A stretch of DNA of 20,000 nt from an uncultured virus (IMG/VR IMGVR_UViG_3300009154_000046). Taxonomy: Duplodnaviria; Heunggongvirae; Uroviricota; Caudoviricetes. A program made the translations under genes and the position numbers. Positions 8,293 to 17,120 of this stretch are shown piece after piece. Numbering within the stretch: position 1 is the stretch's first letter; each line of letters begins with the position of its first letter. The notes beneath the pieces were generated by a model that saw only the letters and a program-made list of their open reading frames with translations, was not told the DNA's origin and ran no database searches. The stretch lies in IMG/VR virus record IMGVR_UViG_3300009154_000046, positions 55,076 to 75,075 of that record. One strand, written 5' to 3'.

Positions 8293-8652
8293 TTATATTT
8301 TTATATTTTTAATTCCAGTATTTCTTTCTATATTAAACGCATACGCTGATTCGGCTCCATCCGGCTTTTTATCATTAATCAATATCCGATTACCTCCACC
8401 AATGCCCATAATTAAACTATCATAAAAAATACCTAATTCAGATAATTGTTTTTCTGTGGAGTTTCTCATAGATTCCCTTCTTCCTGTAATCAATATAATG
8501 TTATATCCCGATGCATCCCACTCAATAAATTTTTCTATGGTTCCAGGCAATAACTTTAATTTTTTAGAATATGGTGTATTATTTGTAGGGTTTTCATGCT
8601 CAACCAATGTACCATCAATATCGCAAATTATGGTTTTAGGTCTATTATTCAT
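8293..8652 (-). CDS. Small capless HAD-superfamily phosphatase (capsule-biosynthesis phosphatase-like)
   Basis: Motif I IICDIDGTL, motif II ILITGR, YDSLIMG and motif IV-like LINDK; 119 aa. Confidence 0.75.
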   Translation of the reverse strand: MNNRPKTIICDIDGTLVEHENPTNNTPYSKKLKLLPGTIEKFIEWDASGYNIILITGRRESMRNSTEKQLSELGIFYDSLIMGIGGGNRILINDKKPDGAESAYAFNIERNTGIKNIKI

Positions 8653-9619
8653 ATAACTGAATTAGTTTGTTTTTTATATTTTTTTTAATTTCAAAATCTA
8701 TATCGACCATATCACTTTTAACTTCGATAATAAATCTTTCATTTGATAAAACGTAATGCCCACATATTTCTATAAGTTCTTTTTTATTTTTATATGGGTC
8801 AAAATTAGAATCTACCCATTTTACCCATTTTTTAGAATCATAGCATATTTGCCAATACTTTTCAAATATACTACTATTTTTTATATTTGCCAAATAAGTT
8901 TTTGTTTCAATAAGACCGAACTCAGGAGCTATATTAATACAGTCTAACCCAAAATTAAATTTCTCATTAATAGTTGAAATATCAATGTAATCTCCATTAT
9001 GTTCTTTAGATAGTAGGTTGTATTTTTTAACTACACCAATCATTTCAATTAAGCGTTGATTATCATAATGACCAGTTTGAGTATTTCCTTTTAATGATGT
9101 GCCCGATTGAATTACTAAATATTTTATTTGTTTGAATATTTCTGGTGATAATCTTTCTTGGAGGCAATACATTAAATCTGCTAATTCATATGGTTCAAAT
9201 CGTCTAATAGCTTCTTCTGTACCTACTTCGTATTGGATATTAGGATTTATTTCATAACAAAATTCTATCATTTTAATAGTTTCTTGTACTCCTAAATTGA
9301 AAGCAGGATATTTTTTCCAAGGGTCAATGTGTATTAAATTAAAATATTTACAATCATCCATTAACGAAATATATCCGTCATCCGAACACTGTCCTTGCTC
9401 TGGGCCGGAGTGATCTCTTTGTAATATAATTTTATTAGTTTTTGATTTAACATATTCACAAAATTCCGATGTTTTCCAATTATTTACATATCCACCATTA
9501 TATTCAATTTGACGTCTTGATGGGATAAATCCTATACTATTATTAGTTTCTTCACAAAATTCAATTATAGTATCAACTATATTTTTAGACATTGGGCCTA
9601 TGAAATATTTTGTATTCAT
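8645..9619 (-). CDS. GatZ/KbaZ-like TIM-barrel (tagatose-phosphate epimerase / class II aldolase-like)
   Basis: Motif series RDHSGP, HIDPW, YEVGTEE, VIQSGT, KEHNGDY, NIAPEFG parallels GatZ/KbaZ GDHLGP, HLD, YVIGTE, VVQPG, EAHSTDY, KVGP. Confidence 0.65.
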   Translation of the reverse strand: MNTKYFIGPMSKNIVDTIIEFCEETNNSIGFIPSRRQIEYNGGYVNNWKTSEFCEYVKSKTNKIILQRDHSGPEQGQCSDDGYISLMDDCKYFNLIHIDPWKKYPAFNLGVQETIKMIEFCYEINPNIQYEVGTEEAIRRFEPYELADLMYCLQERLSPEIFKQIKYLVIQSGTSLKGNTQTGHYDNQRLIEMIGVVKKYNLLSKEHNGDYIDISTINEKFNFGLDCINIAPEFGLIETKTYLANIKNSSIFEKYWQICYDSKKWVKWVDSNFDPYKNKKELIEICGHYVLSNERFIIEVKSDMVDIDFEIKKNIKNKLIQLYE

Positions 9620-11154
9620 TTTTTTAAATTTTTATGAAGATTATATTTTCCAAAATTAAATAGGAAATTATTAAAAGGATATTCGTGTAATGGTGCCATA
9701 TTAATCCAAATCAAAGAAGTTAATATTTCTACTTTTTGCAAATCAAATCCATTTTCTTCTATAAACGTATGTAATAACTTTTTACATTCATTTAAAGTAC
9801 TGTGTGTAAGTATATAGCAATTATCGCATGTATGTCCAAATAAATTTTTATTAACTATATCATGGTTAATTGTTAAGTTATGATTTAATTTTGCTAAATC
9901 ATAATAAACATCTCCAGTTTCTAAATCTCCAGCAAAATCTTGTCTCCAATCAATTAATGTAAATCCCCGATTTGTTTCTATTACATTATCTAATATAAAA
10001 TCACCATGAAATTGAGAAGGTATTCCATTGCACAACCAATCTATATCTAAAATATCAATTAAATCATAAACATCTGCAATACTTTCATTGTTAATAATGT
10101 TAGATTCTGGAGTTTCTTTTAAATAATTGGATATTCTTTCTTTTGTTTTTTCTATATAAAATTTATAACATTTATCTTTAAAATTTGTATCGTTACTATA
10201 TACCCATAGATTATCTTTAGTCCAATTTAAAAATTTTAAAAAACTATTTGTATTAACTGATTTTGAAAATAATCTACCTTCTGCTTTTTTGTACTTATAA
10301 AAATTATCACTACTACCAATAACCTCCGGTACTAATCCTTTTAATTTGCTTGCTCTTTCTATTCTGTTTTTATTAATAGTTGAATTTGAGAAAAACTTTA
10401 TTACAAAATCATCAAAGAAAAATATTGATTCATCCTTTTTATCCAAAACTTCAATATTACTTTTAAATGATTTTCTTGTTTTAATTAATTCGGATGTATT
10501 TCCTATATCAAACCAACTACCATATGAAACTTCTTTATATTGAAAGACTACTACAGGTAACATATTATTTATAACATGCACATCGGATATATCAATATGT
10601 CCGTTGTTTATTAACGTTTCTAAATTATCAAAAAACAATTTAAAATCTTTTATACCAACCATTCCAATATATGAAAAATCATATCCAATTTCTCCCTTTT
10701 CATTTATTTTAACCAATTCACCACGATTAAGATTTAAAGTTCTATATTGTGATGAATCTTCCTTATAAGAACCCGCTACCCAATTTGTATTTAAGCTGGG
10801 TATATTAAAATCTTTAGTAATGGTATCGGATGCGTGAAGTATGAATGGGCTGTTTAATTCATTCTTACATTGTAGTATAGAATAACCCAAGCTACTACCG
10901 TCTCCGCTATATCTATCTATCTCTACAAATGTAAAATTATAATCTGGATATGCTAATTCTAAAAATTGTTTTACATGAGAACCATAATGCCCTAATGTAA
11001 TTACAAATTCAGTATTGATTGGATATGATTCTACAATATATGATATAGCGGGTTTATCTGCAACTCTAATTAGGCATTTATTTGTATAATCGGTTAAATT
11101 ACCAAGTCTACTACCAAGACCACTTGTTGTTATTAAAACTTTATATTCTACCAT
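9616..11154 (-). CDS. Bifunctional nucleotidyltransferase + APH/choline-kinase-like phosphotransferase fusion
   Basis: N-terminal LITTSGLGSRL...NKCL and WFDIGN (NTP_transferase). C-terminal FHGDFILDN, LIDWR and DVYYDLAK (Brenner-type kinase motifs). Confidence 0.8.
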   Translation of the reverse strand: MVEYKVLITTSGLGSRLGNLTDYTNKCLIRVADKPAISYIVESYPINTEFVITLGHYGSHVKQFLELAYPDYNFTFVEIDRYSGDGSSLGYSILQCKNELNSPFILHASDTITKDFNIPSLNTNWVAGSYKEDSSQYRTLNLNRGELVKINEKGEIGYDFSYIGMVGIKDFKLFFDNLETLINNGHIDISDVHVINNMLPVVVFQYKEVSYGSWFDIGNTSELIKTRKSFKSNIEVLDKKDESIFFFDDFVIKFFSNSTINKNRIERASKLKGLVPEVIGSSDNFYKYKKAEGRLFSKSVNTNSFLKFLNWTKDNLWVYSNDTNFKDKCYKFYIEKTKERISNYLKETPESNIINNESIADVYDLIDILDIDWLCNGIPSQFHGDFILDNVIETNRGFTLIDWRQDFAGDLETGDVYYDLAKLNHNLTINHDIVNKNLFGHTCDNCYILTHSTLNECKKLLHTFIEENGFDLQKVEILTSLIWINMAPLHEYPFNNFLFNFGKYNLHKNLKK

Positions 11155-11485
11155 AATTATCTTCTATTCTAACAATATCATCTTCACCGAAATATTCACC
11201 AAGTTGAATTTCAATAAATATTAAATCATTAATACCTGTGTTTTTAATTTGATGTTTTGCCTCCTTTTCAATATGGTATGTATATCCGGATTGTATAGGA
11301 ATAATACTATCATTTAATTTTAATTCGCCGCTTCCCTGAACTATAGTCCATACTTCGCTACGTTTAAAGTGATATTGGTAACTAGGTGCTTGTCCTGGTT
11401 TAATAATAATTCGTTTTACCTTACATAAATTACTATCTAATAAATTTTCAAATTCGCCCCACGGACGTTGTTCTTTATAGTTCAT
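11141..11485 (-). CDS. Stand-alone cupin, type II mannose-6-phosphate isomerase domain
   Basis: RPWG, SYQYHFKRSEVW and IEIQLGEYFGEDDIVRIEDNYGR match the ManC/AlgA C-terminal PMI cupin. The start is probably the second Met (11485), 1 nt after the upstream stop, rather than 11497. Confidence 0.85.
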   Translation of the reverse strand: MNYKEQRPWGEFENLLDSNLCKVKRIIIKPGQAPSYQYHFKRSEVWTIVQGSGELKLNDSIIPIQSGYTYHIEKEAKHQIKNTGINDLIFIEIQLGEYFGEDDIVRIEDNYGRI

Positions 11486-11486
11486 A

Positions 11487-12227
11487 TTATCTTCCATATT
11501 TTACTAAATCTATGTGTTTAAAAAGTCCTTCTCCGTGTGCTACCTTATATTCCTGCTTTGCCCACCATCTACTAATATTCCCCTCCAATGCAATGCCATC
11601 TCCTGCGAAATTGGAAACAATATCCAAATAAAATTCTTTTTTATATAAACATGGGTTGTTTGTCCAATTTCCCCAACGAGAAGTTGATACAAAATATTCT
11701 CCTTCAGTTTGTATTTTATCGGGAAAAGATTCAGCAGGATTAAGCCAATGCACAGAGTCTAATAAGTGTGGCGATGTACATTCTAATTCATCATCATAAT
11801 AATCCAATTCATGTCCCTTGTGTTTGAATGAGAAGTGTGGAAACCCTGGATCTTTACGATGTCTATATCTCACACAACTATATCCATTATCTAATAATCC
11901 AATACCGCTTTGTAATCGTTGGTAGGTAGTTTCTTTATCTTCAATTAGTTTCCAATCATGCTCCAATACCATAATATTATCGGTTTGAGCATTCTTAGTA
12001 AGTTTAATAAATGCCTTGCCAATACCAATATTATCATTCAAACATATAGAATCTAATCCAAAGTGTTTTGCTATTGCATAGTCTTGCTCCGAAGACTCCT
12101 GATATAAAATTGTAATATCGTTAGCTACTTCAAACAATCCATTTTGATAATAAGTTGTCAATGTATCTACTAATGTTTGTCCGCTTTTCCAAGCCAATAT
12201 TCCTATACTAATTGGTAGTTTTTTCAT
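11487..12227 (-). CDS. Putative GT-A fold glycosyltransferase (GT2-like)
   Basis: ISIGILAW start strand, NIGIGKA, and IMVLEHDW at the DxD position; WTNNP in the C-terminal half. Confidence 0.6.
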   Translation of the reverse strand: MKKLPISIGILAWKSGQTLVDTLTTYYQNGLFEVANDITILYQESSEQDYAIAKHFGLDSICLNDNIGIGKAFIKLTKNAQTDNIMVLEHDWKLIEDKETTYQRLQSGIGLLDNGYSCVRYRHRKDPGFPHFSFKHKGHELDYYDDELECTSPHLLDSVHWLNPAESFPDKIQTEGEYFVSTSRWGNWTNNPCLYKKEFYLDIVSNFAGDGIALEGNISRWWAKQEYKVAHGEGLFKHIDLVKYGR

Positions 12228-12230
12228 AAT

Positions 12231-12983
12231 TTATTTTTTTATATATTTTCCTAAATCGGAATTGTAAAAAGCTTTGTAGGATATTGGGCTTCCACCATCA
12301 TTTTGGCGAAAATGATGTTGTCCTGATGGCGGGTTATTTAATGGTCTAATTAATGGAAATGATAACATTCTGTTTTGGTGATGCGTCTCTTCCGAATATG
12401 GTATTATACATTTATCAATAGATTTATACCCAAGCCAACTACTTATTATCAAGTCATCATTATAGTGCTTACTATACCATGTTGTGAAAAATTCAGAATC
12501 AAACCATTCTGGTTTATAACAGACCGACTTATAACCCTCCAATACACCAACCGTCATATATGAGTCCGAAGTTAGACACCCTACAAAATCCAAATCACCA
12601 GTTGTTTCATTTCCTGTAGGGTATATTCCTGCAAACCCAAGAGCCGAATTAGGCAATACTTGTGTTAAAATATTATATTCATTTAGCATATCTGGATGGT
12701 AAATAAAATCATCATCAACCGTTACTATCCTATCGTTAGTTCTTTGTAGAGTATAATAAAGTTTTGTTATAGCTCCTATATCTTCAACCCAAAATATTTT
12801 TAATTTATCGCTATTTGGTATATTTAATATACCCCACTCTCCATTTAGTTTTGATTCTTTTGGTACATTTAATTGAATTTCAAAATTATCATAATTCTGG
12901 TTTAAAAGAGAAATTAAATTATCTTTTAAGCTATCATTTCTATTTGGTAAAGTCGTTAATGATATTACGAATTTTGTTTGCAT
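12231..12983 (-). CDS. Putative GT-A fold glycosyltransferase
   Basis: VISLTTLPNR, DIGAITKL, IVTVDDDFIY (DxD) and NDDLIISSWL. Confidence 0.7.
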   Translation of the reverse strand: MQTKFVISLTTLPNRNDSLKDNLISLLNQNYDNFEIQLNVPKESKLNGEWGILNIPNSDKLKIFWVEDIGAITKLYYTLQRTNDRIVTVDDDFIYHPDMLNEYNILTQVLPNSALGFAGIYPTGNETTGDLDFVGCLTSDSYMTVGVLEGYKSVCYKPEWFDSEFFTTWYSKHYNDDLIISSWLGYKSIDKCIIPYSEETHHQNRMLSFPLIRPLNNPPSGQHHFRQNDGGSPISYKAFYNSDLGKYIKK

Positions 12984-12992
12984 ATCTTTTTA

Positions 12993-13688
12993 TTATATAG
13001 TTTTAAAAAAATTAAATTTAAAATCAGGTTTTGATTTATTATTTGAATAATCAATTCCCGCAATTGGAAATTCTATTGATATAGGCTTTATATCCGTTGT
13101 TATATACTCTTTATTGATAAATGATAATTCATAAACATTTAGTATATCAATCCCATTATAGTTGAAGATTTCACCCCAAGTATTACCATGTGTATGTACT
13201 AGTTCAAATCTTTTAGAAAGTTTTTCCATCATATTCACAAAGTCAACTCTACATTCTTCTGTATCTAATCCATGAACTTCTATACATACTCCAACAGTTA
13301 AATCGGCTATAATATCAATATCTGAATTTAAAAAATATGGATATTCACCACCCTCAATATCTACTTTTAATAATACGGGTTGATTAATTTTTTTATCAAA
13401 ATAATGATTTATAAAGCAATTCATATTTTTTTCAAAACCAAGACCTTCTTTTGTGTGGTTTAAAAAATCAGGTAATTGATATTCTATTGTATGGTCAAAC
13501 GTAAATACGGGTTTACCATATGTTCTTAAAAAATCTACTTCATAACCAACATCATTTCCAATACCATATGTGAATAAGGATGAGCATTTTTCTAATACCA
13601 ATTCTGGCATAACATATCCACCATCTTCATTTGGACCAAGTCTTTTCATTTTTAAACCAGCATCTACCGGTTTCAAATATTTTAGCAT
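12993..13688 (-). CDS. FkbM-like SAM-dependent methyltransferase (probable sugar O-methyltransferase)
   Basis: RLGPNEDGGY, YGIGND, FDHT, LKVDIEGGE, IEVH and HTHGN. Confidence 0.75.
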   Translation of the reverse strand: MLKYLKPVDAGLKMKRLGPNEDGGYVMPELVLEKCSSLFTYGIGNDVGYEVDFLRTYGKPVFTFDHTIEYQLPDFLNHTKEGLGFEKNMNCFINHYFDKKINQPVLLKVDIEGGEYPYFLNSDIDIIADLTVGVCIEVHGLDTEECRVDFVNMMEKLSKRFELVHTHGNTWGEIFNYNGIDILNVYELSFINKEYITTDIKPISIEFPIAGIDYSNNKSKPDFKFNFFKTI

Positions 13689-14575
13689 TATTTAAAATTT
13701 TTATATTTTTCAATCAATTTATCAACTATTTGAACTTGTGTATAATTTTCTAAAACTTTTTGCATTCCATTATGTGCAATTATTTCACGTTCTTCCTCAT
13801 TTTCATTGTAATAATTCATCTTTTCTATACAACCAAACATATCATTTGGCTCATAATAAATTATATCTTTACCATCTATAAACATTTCGGATAATTTTTT
13901 ATTGGGTGGTAATTTATCTGTTATAACCATTTTACCACATGCCATAGCTTCAAATATTCTACGAGTAATTTCTCCCCATCGACTATTTTGTATAACCATT
14001 AATCCTTTATTAAGAAATTCAGTATGCTCAATCCCATTCATGCCATTACGATTGCCAATTGCTCCGTCTGCCCATTGAGTAAGATAATCTAAAAATTGAG
14101 AATTACCAAATCCTCTAGTGGTAACTGCAACATATTCCGGCTCCAATCCCATAGGATATTGAATTGCGGTATCTGCAAAATGCGTTACCCATTCTGCATC
14201 TATACCACGTCTTTTATATTCTAAATATGAATCGTGGTCTGGTGTAATTGTAAAATGAAAACGATTTGATTTTGGAAAGTTTCTTTCAAAGTTTTGTGGG
14301 TCATCTCCACTTTCTTGTATCCAAAATGCGTTTGGTTTTAGACTTTTATCCAACCATTTAGAATCAAATCTGCCCCAATCCATAAATAATACAATATCCG
14401 TAGGCAAATCTTGTTGAATCCAAAGTTGTAATTGTGCGTCATCGTATATGCCCGTTTTATTTGAACCTATTGAGATTATATCGGTTTCCCAACCACGATT
14501 TTTAAATTCATTAACCAAAGCCATTGGAGTAGACCATTGCTCACCATCGTAAGCATAAATGAATGTTATCCTCAT
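13688..14575 (-). CDS. GT-B glycosyltransferase (Glyco_trans_1_2 / CgeB-like)
   Basis: RRIFEAMACGKMVITD...F.DGKDIIYY and IAHNG...VLENYT C-terminal signature. Confidence 0.8.
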   Translation of the reverse strand: MRITFIYAYDGEQWSTPMALVNEFKNRGWETDIISIGSNKTGIYDDAQLQLWIQQDLPTDIVLFMDWGRFDSKWLDKSLKPNAFWIQESGDDPQNFERNFPKSNRFHFTITPDHDSYLEYKRRGIDAEWVTHFADTAIQYPMGLEPEYVAVTTRGFGNSQFLDYLTQWADGAIGNRNGMNGIEHTEFLNKGLMVIQNSRWGEITRRIFEAMACGKMVITDKLPPNKKLSEMFIDGKDIIYYEPNDMFGCIEKMNYYNENEEEREIIAHNGMQKVLENYTQVQIVDKLIEKYKNFK

Positions 14576-15198
14576 AATGTATTATAATAATTGTTTTGTC
14601 GTTCTTGTCTTTGGATATCTTTAACATGTCTTATGCAAAATATTTCTTCACCTGGAAACGTTGTATATGATTCAAATCCAACTATTCGTTCGTGAACCTT
14701 TCCAGTCCATCCAATTTTTTCAGGAATATTTTTATATATTCTGGTTTGTACATCGGGAAAGTTTATCCAACCTCTCTCATTTTGTTGCCAACCCCATTTC
14801 TCAATATGCTCTGGCGTAATACCATTTACAATGTTTATACGTGGTACTACTACCAATTCTTTATCGGAATTATCCGTAAGTATATCTTCCAAATTAACAA
14901 TAAGATCCCTATTAAGAGATTCATCGGCATCTAATTGGAAAATCCACTCACCCTTACATTGTGAATTTAAAAAGTTTTTCCATTTTGCAAAATCTCCTGT
15001 AAATTCGGATTCAATCAATTCTATTTTGTTTGCACTTGCTAAAACTTCTAAATAATCAATAAGTTCTTGTGATGCTTTTGGTGTATCTAATAATACAACT
15101 ACTTCTGAATTTTCAGATTTATAATTTAATAGATTAGTAATAAGATTTATAGTTTCTTCAAACTCATTACATACTGTAACTGCGTAGCTTAATTTCAT
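14572..15198 (-). CDS. GT2 glycosyltransferase (WaaE/KdtX-like)
   Basis: YAVTVCNE, DFAKWKN, WIFQLDADE (DxD), FPDVQTRIY and WTGKVHE. Confidence 0.85.
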   Translation of the reverse strand: MKLSYAVTVCNEFEETINLITNLLNYKSENSEVVVLLDTPKASQELIDYLEVLASANKIELIESEFTGDFAKWKNFLNSQCKGEWIFQLDADESLNRDLIVNLEDILTDNSDKELVVVPRINIVNGITPEHIEKWGWQQNERGWINFPDVQTRIYKNIPEKIGWTGKVHERIVGFESYTTFPGEEIFCIRHVKDIQRQERQNNYYNTL

Positions 15199-15216
15199 AA
15201 CTTTAGTTTGCGTGTC

Positions 15217-15333
15217 TTATTTTACTTGCTCAAGTATTTCTTTTAGATAATCCCATTGAGCAGGTGTTACGTTATAGTGATGTACTCCTTGTACAAATCC
15301 TCGTAACCATATAACAAATTCATTCGGTGTCAT
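15217..15333 (-). CDS. 38-aa small hypothetical protein
   Basis: Below the ORF-track cutoff. Manual translation: MTPNEFVIWLRGFVQGVHHYNVTPAQWDYLKEILEQVK*. It starts 3 nt after the upstream stop and fills the gap on the operon strand. Confidence 0.75.
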   Translation of the reverse strand: MTPNEFVIWLRGFVQGVHHYNVTPAQWDYLKEILEQVK

Positions 15334-15336
15334 AGT

Positions 15337-15783
15337 TTATTTATCTTTTCTTAGTTTATTTTTAGGAACTAAATTTGTAACATCCATATCCAATAATATA
15401 ACTTTCTTTATACCGCTTAAATTATATGTTCTGTATGATTCTCTTGTAATCTTTGGAATTTTACCAATTACAGACTCATATACTTTTCTAGCTCCGCCTT
15501 TCATTTGTATAGTTTCTGTTTTTTCATTTATTAACTTACCAAAAAGCCCTTTAATCGTTTGTGGGTTTATATTTGAAACTTTTACAGCATGTACCAAATC
15601 TTTTGCCTTTGAAATGTATATTGTAAATATTATTGGTGCTATGGTATCCGCATATCTACCTTTTTCACCATTTGCATATTGATATTGCTTTAATAGATAA
15701 AATTTGCCATTCCGCATTTGTTCAGGCTGAATGGCATTTTTATCATCGATGAATTTTTGATATATCGGATTAAAATTACTCAT
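15337..15783 (-). CDS. Hypothetical basic protein (weak resemblance to T4 gp2 DNA end-protector-like proteins)
   Basis: Intact 148-aa Lys-rich ORF coupled to the upstream gene by TAATG. The pattern GKFY.L..Y ... P.IF ... HAV ... YRTY is only loosely gp2-like. Confidence 0.6.
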   Translation of the reverse strand: MSNFNPIYQKFIDDKNAIQPEQMRNGKFYLLKQYQYANGEKGRYADTIAPIIFTIYISKAKDLVHAVKVSNINPQTIKGLFGKLINEKTETIQMKGGARKVYESVIGKIPKITRESYRTYNLSGIKKVILLDMDVTNLVPKNKLRKDK

Positions 15784-17108
15784 TATTGTTTATTCAACAT
15801 TTTTATCTTTGGTAACTCCAATTTTTTTTCTGGCTGACCTGTATTAACCTTTTTTAAGGTAGGTAGTTTTATATGTTGGAATTTTGGTTGTACCTTACTA
15901 TAAATAGAATATTTACTCAATATTGAATCAAATAGAATGGTCATTTTTTCTAAACTAAAATTTTGTATATTTTGTTTAGCCAATTTAGCCGAAGCTACTT
16001 TGTATTTATCATAATTTTTATAAACATCACGTATAATTGGTAATGCTTTAGAAATGTTCACATTATACCATTGTGATTCTTTTAATAAGAACTGGTCTGC
16101 AGCCGAGTCATGCACTGGTTTTAAATCACCTTCTAATAATACGGCGCCTTCTTTTAAGAAATCCAAATGACCACTCCAACCACTAACTATAATCGGTTTA
16201 CCTGTTAAACTAAATTCTAATAAAGGTCTACCAAATCCTTCGCCTTTTGTAAAGTTTAGCATTGCTTTTACTTTCGGATGTTCGTAAAGTCCATTCATTT
16301 CTGATGAACTTAAATCGCCATGCAATAAATAAACTGGAACACTACCAAAATCTTTACCTAAAGCACTTTTTATACTCTTAATGATATGCTCTCTATCTCT
16401 TACTGAAAATGTTGCCGATGATGTTTTTAATATCAATGCTGGTTTTATTTTTTCATTTTTAAAAGCCATACTAAATGTTTTAATCATCATACCAACATTT
16501 TTACGGTCTTCTCCAAAATCACCACGTAACCAATGCCCTACAAATAAAAATCCAAAATCTTCTTCAACTTCATTCAAGCAATCAACAATCTTCACAGTAT
16601 CAGTTCCAAATTCGTTTTCATCAAATCCTTCAAATAAAACCTCAACTGGTTTGTTGATTTTATGATGGGCTATTAACTGCTGTGTTTGTCTATCAACTTC
16701 ATTGTAATTTGTATTTACTAATGTATCCTTTGCGTGCTGCGATGGTACTATTATTAAATCCATTCTATTACAACCATGTATCCAATCAATTGCACATATT
16801 GTGGTTTCTATTCCAGCGGTTATCCCTATATTATAGTTTCCAATTGTTTGAAATTCATTTGGTACAGATACTTGAACGTATATATCCGGTTTTTGCGATA
16901 ATTCATTTATTACATTTGCAATAATCCATTTATGAAATTCATTATTAAAATTCAAAGCATCCATCGGAGTCGACCCCCAACGAGTGCTAATTATTTTTAT
17001 ATCAAATTTATCTAACTTATAAAGAGAGTATAAAAGGTCTCTTGCATGATCACCATATCCACTACGGGTTGCTATTGGTGCTTGAAATACTAATGTGGGT
17101 TTATTCAT
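15783..17108 (-). CDS. GT4-like (GT-B) glycosyltransferase
   Basis: APIATRSGYGDHARD, FLFVG, RKNVG and GEGFGRPLLEF..TGKPII (EX7E motif). Confidence 0.85.
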   Translation of the reverse strand: MNKPTLVFQAPIATRSGYGDHARDLLYSLYKLDKFDIKIISTRWGSTPMDALNFNNEFHKWIIANVINELSQKPDIYVQVSVPNEFQTIGNYNIGITAGIETTICAIDWIHGCNRMDLIIVPSQHAKDTLVNTNYNEVDRQTQQLIAHHKINKPVEVLFEGFDENEFGTDTVKIVDCLNEVEEDFGFLFVGHWLRGDFGEDRKNVGMMIKTFSMAFKNEKIKPALILKTSSATFSVRDREHIIKSIKSALGKDFGSVPVYLLHGDLSSSEMNGLYEHPKVKAMLNFTKGEGFGRPLLEFSLTGKPIIVSGWSGHLDFLKEGAVLLEGDLKPVHDSAADQFLLKESQWYNVNISKALPIIRDVYKNYDKYKVASAKLAKQNIQNFSLEKMTILFDSILSKYSIYSKVQPKFQHIKLPTLKKVNTGQPEKKLELPKIKMLNKQ

Positions 17109-17120
17109 ATAACTTTTTAT

